Origin: Sphyrna mokarran
Taxonomy: Eukaryota
Direction: 5' to 3'
Assembly: GCA_024679065.1 (NCBI GenBank)
Contig: JAGIQG010000001.1
Span: 108,748,001 to 108,812,000 of the forward strand
Length of the DNA: 64,000 nucleotides
Shown here: positions 38,620-52,114 of the stretch, in pieces
Position numbering within the stretch: the stretch's first letter is position 1
Layout: each line of letters opens with the position of its first letter
Made by a program: the position numbers and the translations under genes
The notes under the pieces: model-generated
Database searches by the model: none
The model's input: the letters and a program-made list of their open reading frames with translations, nothing else
Told to the model about the DNA's origin: nothing

Positions 38620-40385
38620 AACCAAGTGGTCAGATTGGGAATTTATTGGAAATGTTATTGGATTTTATTATTCAGGTAAGGGAGATGATTAAGACTAGGA
38701 ATGTAATATACCAGAATTATAAACTCTACAGGAAAAATAGGGAAAATGATAACAGGGAAGTAGTCTTTGTGATTAAGAATGCGATCATTTTGATAATATG
38801 GGAGGATATAATGAGAGGCAATTGAAATGGGTAGAATTAAGAAATTGAAAAGAACTTATGACTGGAATGAGATTTAGTTATTTTCCCAAACAACTGTGGG
38901 GTGGTAGATTGTATACATGCTGAATGGTTTTAATGAAGATTTTATCTACATGAACTTGAATAAGCAGACTAACTCATGTCAGAAAGGCAGTGGATTTCTT
39001 GAGTGTGCCCTAGATAATTTTGTGCAGCAATTTGCCTTACAGCCAAAAAGAAGGGGTGGGCATGCTAAGTTAGATTTTGTAACAGACAATGTGCCAGATT
39101 TAATCAACAACCTAATGGCATGTGAATGTTTATCGAACAACTATCATAATATTCAAAGCCATGTTTGCAAAGAAGAAACACAAAACAACTACAAAGATTA
39201 CAAATTCGATGACGTTGTCTTCAATGGGATGGGACAAAGACTGTTCACAGTTAACTGGACAATTCTGTCAATTGGTAAAATGACAAGATCAGTAGGAGTT
39301 ATCTTAAAAAGTTGTCTTGGCTAAGGTCCTGCACTTGATAGAAGTCAATGAGCTTGTACTGAGATTTCATTAGAAGCAATCTAAGCCTTTTGGCTAAGAT
39401 GGAGCTTTTTGTAATGCCTGCTCCTATCAGCTTGGATTTGGTTGATTGACTTCAAGACAGGAAATGCGCAGACTGTAATGTCTCTCTTGTAGGGACTTTA
39501 ATTGGACTTTGATTGGATTTTGATTGGATATAACAAAAAAAAATGTGACACAGAACGAGTTTATACCCCTAAGGAGTAAAAGCTCTACTTGTCAAAATAA
39601 ATAATCGTGGGCAACTGAAGAGGTAAAGGACAACATAAAACTAAAAGAAAAATCAGACTAAAATGGAAAAAGAAATCAGAAATCTTAGCAGCTGGAAAAG
39701 ATACAAAAACAGCAAAGGGTGTTAAAGTTAAAAGCTGCAAAAATAGAGTACTAAAAGAAACATGCAAACAATGTAAAAATCAAGGCCAAAAACTTATTTT
39801 ATATAATTTCATTTGGAAAAAGAGGGTAGTCAGAAGCAATGTGAGTTTTTTGTAAACTGATAATGGTGCTATTTTCAATGAAATGAAGATGACAGATATG
39901 CTGAATAATTACATTGCACTAATGTTTACAGCAGAGGAAGAGGTTAGAATGCTAGATATCCCAAGGAAATGAATCTAGATCAGGGAGTCAATTAAACTAA
40001 CATAAGCAAAATAAAAGTAATGAAGAAAATAAGGGCACTAAAGAATGAAAAATCGTCAGGACCCAGATAATACATATCTCTGAGTTTTAAAGGAAGTGGG
40101 TGAGAACATTGTAAATGGTCTAGCTATAATTTTCCGACATTTTCTTGATTTGGGAAGTGTTCCTTTAGATTAGAATATGATGCAGTCATTGCTATTTTAG
40201 AAAGGTATGAGAGAGAAATAAAAACAGTTAGGGAGTTAGCCTAACATTGGTTACTGAGAAATTACTAGTGTCTATAAAGAAGAAAAGATTAATTGAACAC
40301 CTTGAATATTTTCAGCTGATCACAGAGCGTCAGCATGGATTTGTAGAGGGTAGGCCATGCTCACATACCTGATTAGACTCTTAGA
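38620..40385 (+). mobile_element. Highly decayed long CR1 ORF2 remnant (endonuclease to start of RT)
   Basis: Residual motifs FLECALDNF, LDFV, LNNYIALMFT, KSSGP and QHGFVEGRPC. Confidence 0.7.
39310..39543 (+). mobile_element. Short poly(A)-tailed insertion containing a U2 snRNA-like segment
   Basis: GCCTTTTGGCTAAGAT (39385-39400) is identical to the U2 5' region; TGTAATGCCTGCTCCTATCAG (39410-39430) matches U2 TGTAGTATCTGTTCTTATCAG at 16/21; ends in three ATTGGA-containing repeats and an A run. Confidence 0.55.
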
Positions 40386-40407
40386 AGATGAAATAGAAGC
40401 CCTGCTT

Positions 40408-40800
40408 CAGGGGAGATGATGACATAATGGAAATGTCACAACACCAACAATCTAGAAGTCCAGGCTGATGCTTTGTGGCCACAAATTCAAATCCCTATAT
40501 GCAAGTGGTGGAATTTAAATTCTATAAATAAAATGTGGAATTGAAGGCTCCTCTCACTAATGGGGGAATCAGCACTAATTGTTTTAAAAATCCATTTAGT
40601 TCACTAATATATTTTAAGGAAGGAAATCTGCCATCCTTACCTGGTTGGGCCTACATGTGAATCCAGAACTACAGCAATGTGGTTGACTCTTTACTGCCCT
40701 CTGAAATGGCCTAGCAAGCCACTTGATTCAAGGGCAATTAAGGATTGCCCAATAAATAAGTGCTAGTGACACTGACACCTCATTAACAAATAAATTAAAA
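40408..40800 (+). mobile_element. tRNA-derived shark SINE (third family)
   Basis: Head with ttcaaatccc, body ggaaggaaatctgccatccttacctgg...gcaatgtggttgactct, and A-rich end. Confidence 0.65.
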
Positions 40801-41037
40801 AATATACACGAAGCCCAGGTTAGAATACAGTGTATATTTCCTTGTATGATACTTGGACTCTAAGGGTTAAACTTTGGGCAGTTACACAATTACATTCCCT
40901 GAATTTAGAAGATTAAGGACTGATTTTATCATTTTTTAAGATATTGTGAAAAACAAAGTGGATAGAGAGCAACTACTTCCACTGGTTGGACAGAGATTTG
41001 GGTTCTCTTTTTAATGCACTTCCTGGAACCATCAGGC

Positions 41038-41087
41038 GCCACCCCCCCCCCCACCCCCCCCCACCCCCCCCCCCACCACCTCCCCCC
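41038..41087. repeat. Poly-C low-complexity tract (G-runs on the minus strand)
   Basis: gccacccccccccccaccccccccca...; source of the poly-Gly in ORF 40973-41260. Confidence 0.9.
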
Positions 41088-44000
41088 AAATATCCACAGG
41101 TTGTCATTTTCTTTTGACGTCTCAAACTAACCCCTGCCTCCCCACTCCCCTTGTCTCCTTTTCTGGGGTCTGCCAACTGGGCACTCAGCAAGATCCCCAT
41201 ACATTTACTAAATGGTAGAGAGCTACCAGTTTCTAATTGGCCAGCAGTTCTCAGAGGCACAGCTTCCTGTTCCTAAGAGATTAAAATTTCCCTCCAGCCT
41301 ACTAATGAACAATTGGCTGTTAAATGGCTGCCAGGCAGCAGCCAGCATTCCCTTGACAGACTTCTTAGGTGGTGATGTGGAAGACCCTGGAACCATGTAA
41401 AAATTCAGCCAATTAAGTTAGCTTGTGGATCACCATGCTCTCATTCAATGATGGAAAATCTTGAGGCTCTAAAATGGCTTAGTCCTGTTCCTATGTTCCT
41501 CAGATATATTCACAGTGTTCAACAAATATATGACAGGACCACCATAAGGATTTTCTAATCCTTTACCACCCTATGTTTGGAAAATTTGTTTCAGCTTACT
41601 TGGACATTTCCTAATCTTCACCGCTTGTGATATAGAAAGGGGTTGCCACAGAAGTGATGTATCCAAATAATCAACATGTGCAATAAAAACATCTTTTCCC
41701 ACAATAGGGAAGCTGATCACAGAATAAGACTTTTATTCCTCTCAATCTACCAAGGATTCCCTAATATGTCAGGCAGTCAGCAGTGCACAACTAAATCGGG
41801 CATGGCAAGTTTACCATTTACCCAGAAGCAGCCTTTTTTATGCAGAATCCCCTCAGTGCCCACATTTTGGAAAACGTAATACTGAATGGCTGACTCTTAG
41901 GAGAGGAGAACTGTTCTTCTGCCCTGATGGCAATGAGAAATCGCCATGCAGTCATCAGCCAAGGAGTACTGAAAACTGGGACCCCCATCTCTGTTTTTCA
42001 CATTCTAACATGCAGTCTGTGTGGTTTTGGCATAATGAGCCACGTACGTGAATACTAATGGTACATACACTGGTTGAAACTGTATCTCAGAATCACTGCT
42101 TTGTATTAAGGATGATGAGCCCCACAAGAAATATGTGCAAGTGACTCACATTTGACTTGGCCCTGACACTAATCCCTCCTTTCTTATAATTAGTATAAGG
42201 GATGTGGTTAGCTCCAAATAGCAATCATTATTTTCTGACACACAAAGACAGATCTTCTACTCAGAGCAAGTAAGGCCATTTAGATTTCAGAATTTTTAAA
42301 AGTAAAACATTAGTTAAAACTGCTTTATAACGTCTGTGTCTCGAAATGTTATTCAAGCATCTAGACATTTTTGCTGATATTTTTCAAAATTATGGTGAAG
42401 ATTAAATGTTCTTGTCTGCTTCCTACCAGCTTCAAATATCATTGTCTGTGTCAAAGAGTGTTTCTTCTGCTCCATTTGGAATCAGTTGTCCACTTTTGGA
42501 TTATGGTGTAAATTGCACCTTATAGTTAGAGTAAGAGTTACATGCGGGCTTAGTTTTTAAAATTTTTTTACAGGATTAATTAGCATGGTAGAAATTAGGA
42601 AATATAGTTTGAGGTTCCAAAGACATACTTCATAAGCCATCAACATTCCTCGACCCATTTCACAAGACTTACATTGTTCAAGAATTTAAAATGCAAGTTG
42701 TTGTATTTGTATTGACAAGATCATGAAATGTCCTATATTTTACAGCAGCAATGATTTTTTTTGTCGTTAAATACTTTATTAAATAACTTCCTCAGTCCCA
42801 CGGCCCTCCGAGGACTCAGCATTCCTTGAATTCTGGTCACTTTCATATGTTAGGTTTAATTAGCTCCATAATGCTTTCAGTTGTTTAACCCCCCAAAGTT
42901 CTGGAATTGCTTTCTTAAACCTCTCATCCTTTAAGATACTCCATAAATGCTATCTCCTTGACCAAGCATTTAGTCTCCCACTCCAATGTCTCTTTCCTGG
43001 GCTCAGCACCAATTTTCAGTTTGTCTGATTGCACCCTTGTGAGGCATTTTGAGACATTTTACAACAGTAAACACATCATATAAGTGTGAATTGTAATGAT
43101 TGAATGTTCAAATCATATAAGTTATTCAATTTTTCACTATATTTGATCTAACTTTTTTGCTGTTAGCAATCTGATGCCTCTGTTATCAACAGTTTAAATG
43201 TTTACCAGACTGGGAAACACCCTTAATTTTCCCCATGGAGAGCTTCCACCATTCTGCACTCAACACTACCTAGCTCCTGATACATTAAACATTATTATTC
43301 CAAGCTGCACAGTCTCTTCTATATCCAGTATTGGTAAAAGCTGAACACTATGGTTACTGGAGCCAAAATCAGGCCAATTAGTTTGATCATTGCTGCAGTT
43401 ATATAAAGGCAACCCAGAATCCAACAAAGTGTAGCTGTCCCCTTCAACCAATCTGTTTACAGTATTAGAAATGAGATGTGTATGGAAACAGTCTTCTAAC
43501 TGACCGTTCTACTAGTGGCAGTGCAGCAGAATAAGCCTGTTCATGGTCTAACATGGAAACTGTGTTCTAAATTGAGGCCATTCATATTATTGAAGTGGGC
43601 TACAAGTTATCACCAAGCATTCACTTCAGTGGTGTCCATCCAGATTTCCCATGTAAGGTAGAATAGCTGACAGCCACCATGAGAGGTGCCCTCAGGCTCA
43701 TGTCAGGCTGACAAACACCTGGCCAAATAAGGCTGCAGCTAAAACATGGACTAGAATCCAGCCGAGAACATGTTCCATCCAGTTTTCCGACCTCTGATCT
43801 AGGAATTTGCTAGCACTCTGCTTGAGAACCAATTGAAAATTTGAGGGCTAAAAACATGGAAGCCAATTTGCTCACAGCAAGTTCCCACAGAGAGGAGTGG
43901 AATAAATGACCAGATCATTTATTTTAGTTGATGGCTGAGGAATTTTAATTCATGTTGTTATCATTATTTGTCATGTTTCTACGTGGCACATTGACAATGT

Positions 44001-46234
44001 ACCATACATGGAGTATCAATAAGGCACAGAGCAGGCCAGACATACAAACTATTATAAAATAGTTGGTGTATTTTACAATATTCCTTGACCTATGATCATC
44101 TCTTTGGGACGGTGAATACACATTGCCACACATAATCAGATGTAACATCTATATAGATAAGAAGCCCCTGTCCTGTTCTAATATTGATTGCATCTGGACT
44201 GAGAAAGACCCAGCAGCCAAACAGCATGTTAAAACATTGACCTTTTCCTAAATGAAGCAAACTTTATGCAGCATCTAGCTGCATTAGGTGCATTAGTGGT
44301 GTTCAGCACAGTTCAATTTGTTTGAAATATCTGTATAGTAGGCTGAAAGCTAGAATGGAAAGATATTTTTAGCAATTATAGCAAAAGATTTCCATCTGGT
44401 TTACCTTCTTAACACTCTGACTTTGGCTGCAAGAATAGATGTGCAAACCTAATAGGTAAAATGAGGGATACAATTAATAATTATTACATTATTTGAAAAG
44501 ATGGTTGATTCCCAATTCTATCCCAAAGTGAATTTGAATTTCAGAATTCTACATCCAAGCAATTTCAGCAGCAAAGGTGGCTGAATTAGTTAGCCCAGTG
44601 TCCCTATACAATAACATGCTTGCGAAGCACAATGTACTAAAGGGCTAAAAGGCTTTATTGCTATATTTTGTAGCAGAACATAGCTAACCACTAAGCTGAA
44701 TCCACCCTGAAGTCTGCATGTTCTTAATAATCGCTTATCTTCTAAAATCAATGGCATGACAGCATATAAATTAATGATTCCTTTCTGATTTCCTGCAGAG
44801 ATGTTTGCAAATGGTTCACAGCAGGAAGTTTCTCCCAGACTGTCTGGGTGACGGGAGTCCATTTATGGAAGGCTATTTTCAAACTTTATGGTTACAAAGT
44901 TAAAAGACCAGAATTAACAAAAACACGGCATCGCTGCATGTGTTCTCCCTGAGGCTTTTGTCCTTCAGACTTCTAACAAAGATGCCTCCTATAAAGCTGA
45001 TGGCATGAAGTCTATCCAAGAATATACAGATTGCTTCTCTTACTGAAAGTGTGTGAAGCACTATCTGCTTGTACTAACAGTGGGAGGGGCTGCTATAAAG
45101 TTTCCTGGAGCTGTCAGTCGATCATCAATCATTTTTATAACGGTCATCTTCAACAGAATGTCCTTCTCTTCCCCTCCTGGATTTGTATTTTATTTTTTTT
45201 GGAAAGGGGAGGAGGTGGTGGGATACGTGTGTGATCAATTGAAAGGGAGCACTCCTGCATTTTGAATAGCCGAATCACGCAATATCAATATCAAACTGCT
45301 TTCGGATTTATTCAGAGTGTTATTGAGTCTCACCTCAAATGGACAAAGGGTGTTTTGGGGAGTTGGGAAAGAGGGAGTGGCAATGTCGTTTTGCCCTGGA
45401 CAAAACATCCCCCTGGTTGAACTGAGATGTCCATAATCTGATGGGGACAGGGAAAAACTATCAAAAGAACTGAAATTTAAACAAAATACCCTTCAACACC
45501 AGATATTGCCTTTCTGAGAATGGTAGAATTATTCAATTAATGGACAGTGAGAAAAGGAGTCAGTTAGTGGTCCAATTTTGGCAGTGAACAATTAACATTT
45601 TGATGGCTCCGCATTGCACTGTGTGTGAAGAGTAATAACTGAGTGTAACAGGTCTGTTGGGACAGCTTGTTGAGGGGTTTTCAAAAACATGTTTTGTTCG
45701 GGGAAGAGGATTTTGTATGAAACAAAGTTTAAAAACAATATTTTAATGAACTCAATACCATTTGTCAGTCTAACTGAGAATGTGTTCATAACATCCAGGT
45801 ATTTTCACTTAATGGCGGTGCAATAAGATTTCTTTCTGAGACCGCACCATTCTGAGGTCAGCTGCGATCACAACTGGAATCTGATGTGACAACTTTGTGT
45901 CAAGTTTGATTTTAAACAAACTCTGGTGGTTGCTTTTATTTTGTACTGTTTGTGATCAATTTTGTTAGGATGTGAGAATGAGATTTGTGTCCGAACTCTA
46001 CAGCAGTGCTGAGGAAGATTGTTCCTCAAGGTCTGGCTCCAGGATCGAACTCGAATTTTCAAATCAAAACTGGAAGGGAAATAAAGCACTCAAACTTTTA
46101 AAGCTACTGTGTATGTAGAAAATATATGTATGTGATTAAAGGAAAATAAAATACGCCTTTAAAATGGGAAATCATGTTCCTTTGTTGCATAAACGTTTGT
46201 TGGTTTAGTGAACTTGGTCTGAGCATAAGGCCCT

Positions 46235-47020
46235 GGCAAATGGAATTTATTGTGGGGAATTGTGAGGTCAAGCACTTTGGTAGGAGGAATCACAAAACAG
46301 ATTAGATTATGATCCAAGTACAGAGGCATCTAGTGATTCTAGTGCATGAATCACCAGAAGCTAGCAGCCAGTTCCAACAAGTACTTAAGAAGGCAAATTA
46401 CATTTTGGCCTTTATTGCAAAGGGGTTGGAGTTTGAAATACGTAGGTTTGTTACAATTGTACAGGGTGTTGGTGAGCCCTTACGTAGAATACAGCACACA
46501 GTTCTGGTCCCTTTACCAAATAAAGGATTTAATATGAAGGCAGTCCAAAGGAAATTTATCAATTTGCTAATTGCTGGGATGAGAGGATTGTTCCATCTAG
46601 AGAGACTAAACATTCTGGTCTGTGCACCTTGGATTTGAGTGAGCGATGACCCTATTAAAACATATAAGATCTCAGTGGGAGCTTGACAGGGTAGACGGTG
46701 AGATGTTCTCTCCAGTGGAACAGTTTCAAAGAACAAAACATAACTACAAGGTAAAGAACTGGTCACTTAATACTGAGGTGTGTAGAAATTTCATCTTGCA
46801 GTGAGTGCTGAATCTCTGAAATTCTCTGCTCCAAAGGGTGGTGGAGGGTGGATCATTAGAAGTATTTAAAGTGAGGTGATAAATATTTGATAGATCATGG
46901 AATAGAGAGTAATGGGGAAATGGCACAGAAAAGGAATTGTGGCTGACATAGATCAGCTTTGATCATATTGATTGATGGAGCAGACTTGAAGAACCTGGTG
47001 GCCTGCTCCTGCTTCTGCTT
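46235..47020 (+). mobile_element. Decayed CR1 3' portion
   Basis: WQMEF, KANYILAFIAKG and LLQLYRVLVSPYVEY motifs, plus tail. Confidence 0.85.
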
Positions 47021-50000
47021 CTACTTCTTGTGTTGTGTACCAGGAAGATCCAAGTCTGAACCTATCCCAACAAATCGAAAGCGAAGAATACAAGACTTGA
47101 GGCTGGAGGGGGCATTAGGGTCTCCAGATCTCCAGAATGTGCACCAGTTCTTTTGTAAGGTGAGCAAAATGTTCCAATAATGTGTTACAACAAGCCAGGA
47201 TCTGAACATGGGCCTTCAAATGTTCCATTTGTGTTATTTGTCCAGTGAATATGCCTCATGACCACCAATTATCCACCTACTACCAAGCGGCTTGGAGCCA
47301 CAGCCTTGGACCATTGTTGCTATGATGCTGGTATTATAAGAAATGGTGACTTTACTCCTTCAAATTCCTGGCAGAATTTTAATGCAAGGCTGAGGTCTAA
47401 TTTATCTGGGCCGTCACCTCAGTCAGACAGTGTTCTTTGGAAGGAACCATGATTATCAGATTAGAATATTGTCTTAAATCCTGACTTGAAACCAGATACA
47501 AAAGCCTCAATTTTAACTCAGGCCCCGGAGCGTGTTGGACATCAATGTTCCCCTTAACTTTTTGTTTCCTGTGTACAGTTGGCTTGTTGCATTGTATAGT
47601 CCCTTTAATGCAGACCCACATTTTGATATATGACCTCAAACGTTTGTATCTTTTTCCTGATGGAAGAAGGTGGAAGAGAGCATGTCCGAGATGCGTGGGT
47701 CCTTGATTATGCTGGTTGCTTTTCCAAGGCAATGGGAAGGGTAGACAGAGTCAATGGATGGGAGGCTGGTTTATTTGACTGACTAGGCTTCGTTCATGAG
47801 CCTTTATAACTTTTTGCAGTCTTGAGCAGAGCAGGAGCCAGACCAGGCTTTGATACAATCAGAAAGAATGCTTTCTGCAGTGAATCTGTAACAGCTTTTT
47901 CTCTGTTGCCATCAGAGTTTTGAATGGATCTACCTCATATTAAGTTGATCTTTCACTATATGCTAAGTATGTCTGTAACACTATATTCTGTATCCTTTCC
48001 TTTCCCTCATTTCATACAGGATGCTTTGTCTGTATAGCGTGCAAGAAACAATACTTTTCACTGTGTGCTAAGGCATGTGACAATAAAAAAATCAAATCAC
48101 AAACATATGTGTATTTGAAAGGGAACATTGCATGTGAGATCAATTTATTCCCTGTTCAGCACGGTCCCAATTGCTGGAAAACTATACTCGTGGAACTTCG
48201 AGAGATATTTGATGGCTATGTTGCTTGAGGCTATTTTAATCCTCAAATGCAAATCAAAGCTAACATTGTGCGTGTCTCGTGAGATGTGGGCTCAGGATGG
48301 AAATGATATCATCTAACACCAAAGTTTGAATGTTTCTAAGGCTCTCCAGTGCTATGGTGAGGCCTGACACTTCCCAAAACCTGAAAATACAAGTGACAAC
48401 AGGTGAGAGGGCACTAAAAATGCTGTCTCTATTATACGTCCTTCCCACTGCACCCTCCCCCCCACCCCCTGCGCTCCTCTCCTCACCCACACACACATAC
48501 CATTCTGATCAATAGCAGAGACTCAAAATCGGGCCTTTTTTTATATACAGAAGACTGAATCACAGAATTAGTTATGCAAAGAAAGAGGCCATTTGGCCCA
48601 TTGCATCTGCACTGGCTCTTCAAATAAGCATCACGCTTAGTACCATTCCTCTGCCTTTTCCCCATAGCCCTGCATAACGTTTCTACTCAAGTAATCATCT
48701 AAAGCTGTTTTGAATGCCACAATTATACCTGCCTCCCCACCACATTTCCAGGCAGTGTATTCCAGACCTGAACCACTCATCTGAAAAAGTGTTTACTCAC
48801 ATCACGATTTAATGAGTACAGTAGTTGCTACTGCCCAGTTCAGCTGTAAACAGCACCATCCTTTCTATTTCAGTGTGAAAACTCAACGTATAATGGGAGT
48901 ATGCAAAATCAGGAGATACAGCTTCGGAACATCACAACCTGATGGCCAAAGACAGCATGTTGTTGGGGGAGGAATGGTGTGAAGGGCAAGTGGTATATAT
49001 TGGCACCGTGCTTTGGCAAGCTTGGGTTATTGTGGGGGGTCGCAAGTGGGGCGTGGGATAGTTTCAAAGGGATTGAGGTTGGTGCTGGGGATCGGGAGCT
49101 GGATATTCACAGGTCTGGTCCAGCAGGAGAGGAGAAGATGAGATGGATGCTCACCCTTGCTGCCCAAACGAGGTTGTTCATTTTGTTGCAGCACTAGATG
49201 CCGTTCCTTTGTGTCAGCGTGTAGATGCTGCAGCCACTATATCATAGGCTGCTGTCCTGGCCCCTGGGTCATCTGGATTTTGGGGGAGTAAGATGGCCTT
49301 TCTCTCCGCCACAGCATCCAACAGCTGTCCTTACTCTCCCTACACTCTTTAATCTGCGAGTGTATGTTCATCATTAGTGATTAAATGAAGCTTCCCCTTG
49401 TTAATGGCTCACAGCTGTGACCACTTGGGGTGAGTCATGCACCTAGAGTCTCCATAACAGCGTATCCCACATGAAAACATTTTCAGTGTACTAACTGTTG
49501 GAACATCATGATGCTAAACACACCTGAGAGGCTGGTGCAGATCATTCTGGTTTTCTCGGTGTTATGACGCTTAGAAATTTTGGGGGAAAATTTCACCGTG
49601 TGTCTGGAATATCAGGGGATGTTAGACTCCTCACCAAGCTCTAAGTTTGAGGACCACAGATTGAGCAGTACAACTTTTCACTTTTCCTCTGCTTGGTTTC
49701 AGAGAAATAACATAACCTTTTGATATACCACCCCCAGGTTTCCACTTCTGGGTCAAACAATTCAATCTTTTCAAAAACAGATACCTTTAAGTGGCACATG
49801 TACCCTGCTTTTTGATAGTTTCAATGCTGAACTCTCCTCCCTCTTTCACTGCACACAATTCCTAAAATTTAACGAAAGATTTTCTTTATTGCCAGTACAG
49901 AACTGAACACATAAGTACTCTGCACTCCTCCCTGGTTCTACCTGGATATCCTCCCCGATCCACATTGTGCCAGTATTTTAATTGCACCCAACTGGCTTGA

Positions 50001-50934
50001 TATTCTGCGCTGCCTCTCCATAAGATCCAATCACATGGCCCTCAGGGTTTGATTCCCATCTCATTTAGCAGGACCACATTATCACAGGTAGCGACCTTTC
50101 TTCTTAATAGAGTGGTCAATAACCAGGGAGCTTTGTAAGAAGCAGGAGCATTAGAATGGATTTGACCAAAACCTTTCTCACCCAGAGAATAATGGGAACC
50201 TGGAGTTCTGCCCGAAACGTGGTGGAAACGGAAATCCTCGTAGCATTTAAGAAGTATTTAGATGAAACACCAAAGCACACAAGACCATGTACAAAGTGCT
50301 GGAAAATGGGATTAAAATATATAGGAGTTTGGTGGTTGGCACAGACATGATAAACTGAAGGGCCAATTTCTGTGCTGTAAAACTCCATTCACTTTACAGA
50401 TTGCATGTAGAATTTCAGCTGTTAAACAAGACTTTCTGCCCTTCCTAAATATTGCATTTCCTGCATGCAATTCAGGTGATGTAAAGCTCCCAACACCAGA
50501 GCCACCTCCACTGTGTGACTGGGTTCCGATGGCTGTTTCCTTCCCATGCCAGAATCCTGACATCTTCTGAACCTTCTATTGGGTGCCAATAAATTTACCA
50601 TTAAATTCAGCCCATGTCCTTTGGAACGGTGAGGTGGTATAAACCACATCTCTTTTGATAGTTTCTTATGAGCTTTGATCAAAGTTATATTTAATTAACA
50701 TCAATCATGGATGATCATAAAAGCATGGATTCATAAAAGCATGCATAATATCCGCTTGCACAATCTACCACAGGTTCAAAACTTAGTGAAGGATTTGCTG
50801 AAAATTAATCTTACTGCTCTGGATTGCTAGTGTTACTTAGTAACACCATAAATGTGAAAGCTGCTTTTCAAAGGAATTAAAGAATGTCAAGGCACAGCAG
50901 AAAAGAGTAAAACTTTGTTAGGTTATCAGGTAAA

Positions 50935-51220
50935 AGAACAAAGATAGAACAAAGAAAAGTACAGCACAGGAACAGGCCCTCCAGCAGTGAAGCCTTTGCC
51001 AGTCATGATCCTCTGACTAAACTAAACAAGACTTCTGCCCTTGGTCTGCATTCCACTATTCCCTCCCTATTCGGGTATGCATCCAGCTGCCTCTTAAATG
51101 TTGCTAATGTGCCTGCTTCTGCCACTCTCTGGCAGCCCGTTCTAGGCACACGCCACTCTCTGCATGAAAAACTTCCTCTGCACATCTCCCTTAAACTTTC
51201 CCCCTCTCACCTTGAACTAG
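50935..51220 (-). mobile_element. CR1 3' fragment
   Basis: Tail aaagaacaaagaaaagtacagcacaggaacaggccct and AGTLATFKRQLD; other CR1 ends at ~48555-48810 (-) and ~50130-50390 (+). Confidence 0.8.
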
Positions 51221-52114
51221 TAAAGAACAAAGAAAAGTAAATCAATTGGTGCATAAACAGAGGAGTTAATACCATGTTTATAGAGGCATTATATAGACAA
51301 TGAAATGATCCATTGTAGCAGCCAGCGCATTCTGCATCAGAAGTGTACTGACTAAATCTTGAAAAGGTTGTAGACATTCAGGGTTCATGATTGTAATGAA
51401 TATTAGGCCTTTAGCACATGAACAAGGATTTCAGGACCTCTTCCTAAAATGGGTCTTTGAATGCAGCCTGCATAAGAACTGCTTTGTTCAAAATGACCAA
51501 GTCATTCCCTGAAGGCTTCTCCCAAACAAGTTGAAAGAAAATTAGCTGAATGCAGAGACACAAGGAGGTAGAGTGTTATTTCTGGTTTCACATTAGTCCC
51601 AAAGTCCATTTCCAACTTCCTAGTCAACAGCTGCTTTCCAATTCCTTCCCCACATCTCCCCCTGAGCCTACCTGCTGGCTACTTCTGTGGACATCTTATA
51701 TCTACATGTCTATTGAGCACCGATGAAGAATCATTCTGACTCAAAACGTTGGCTCTCTCTCCACAGGTACTGTCAGACCTGCAATTTTCCGTTTTTGTTT
51801 CAGCATCCACAGTAACTTGTTTTTATCTCCAGTGAGCTGCCTGGGAACATGCAGCAATAAATACTTGAAGAAGAAAAATATTAAAGGGTATAGAAAAAAA
51901 GAAATGGGATTTTGATCATAAAATCCAACCTGGAACTTGCACTATTTGATTAGCCAATGTCCTCCTGTGCAGAGATTTCTATGATTGTATTTGACTTTAA
52001 TTTGTAGTTCAGCTTCTTGAATCTTGATTTTGATGTGATGGATATACAACTCTCATGTGTTACAAATGAGGGCTTATGTTGAATCAAGGCAGGAGGAACC
52101 TTTTAAAATGAATG

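Noticed and set aside
39385-39430. Functional U2 snRNA gene
   Set aside because: Only ~45 nt of similarity; the branch-recognition GTAGTA is altered, and there is no Sm site or 3' stem-loops.
40973-41260. Poly-glycine ORF
   Set aside because: Produced by a poly-C tract in a repeat-derived region; homopolymer lengths may also be sequencing artefacts.
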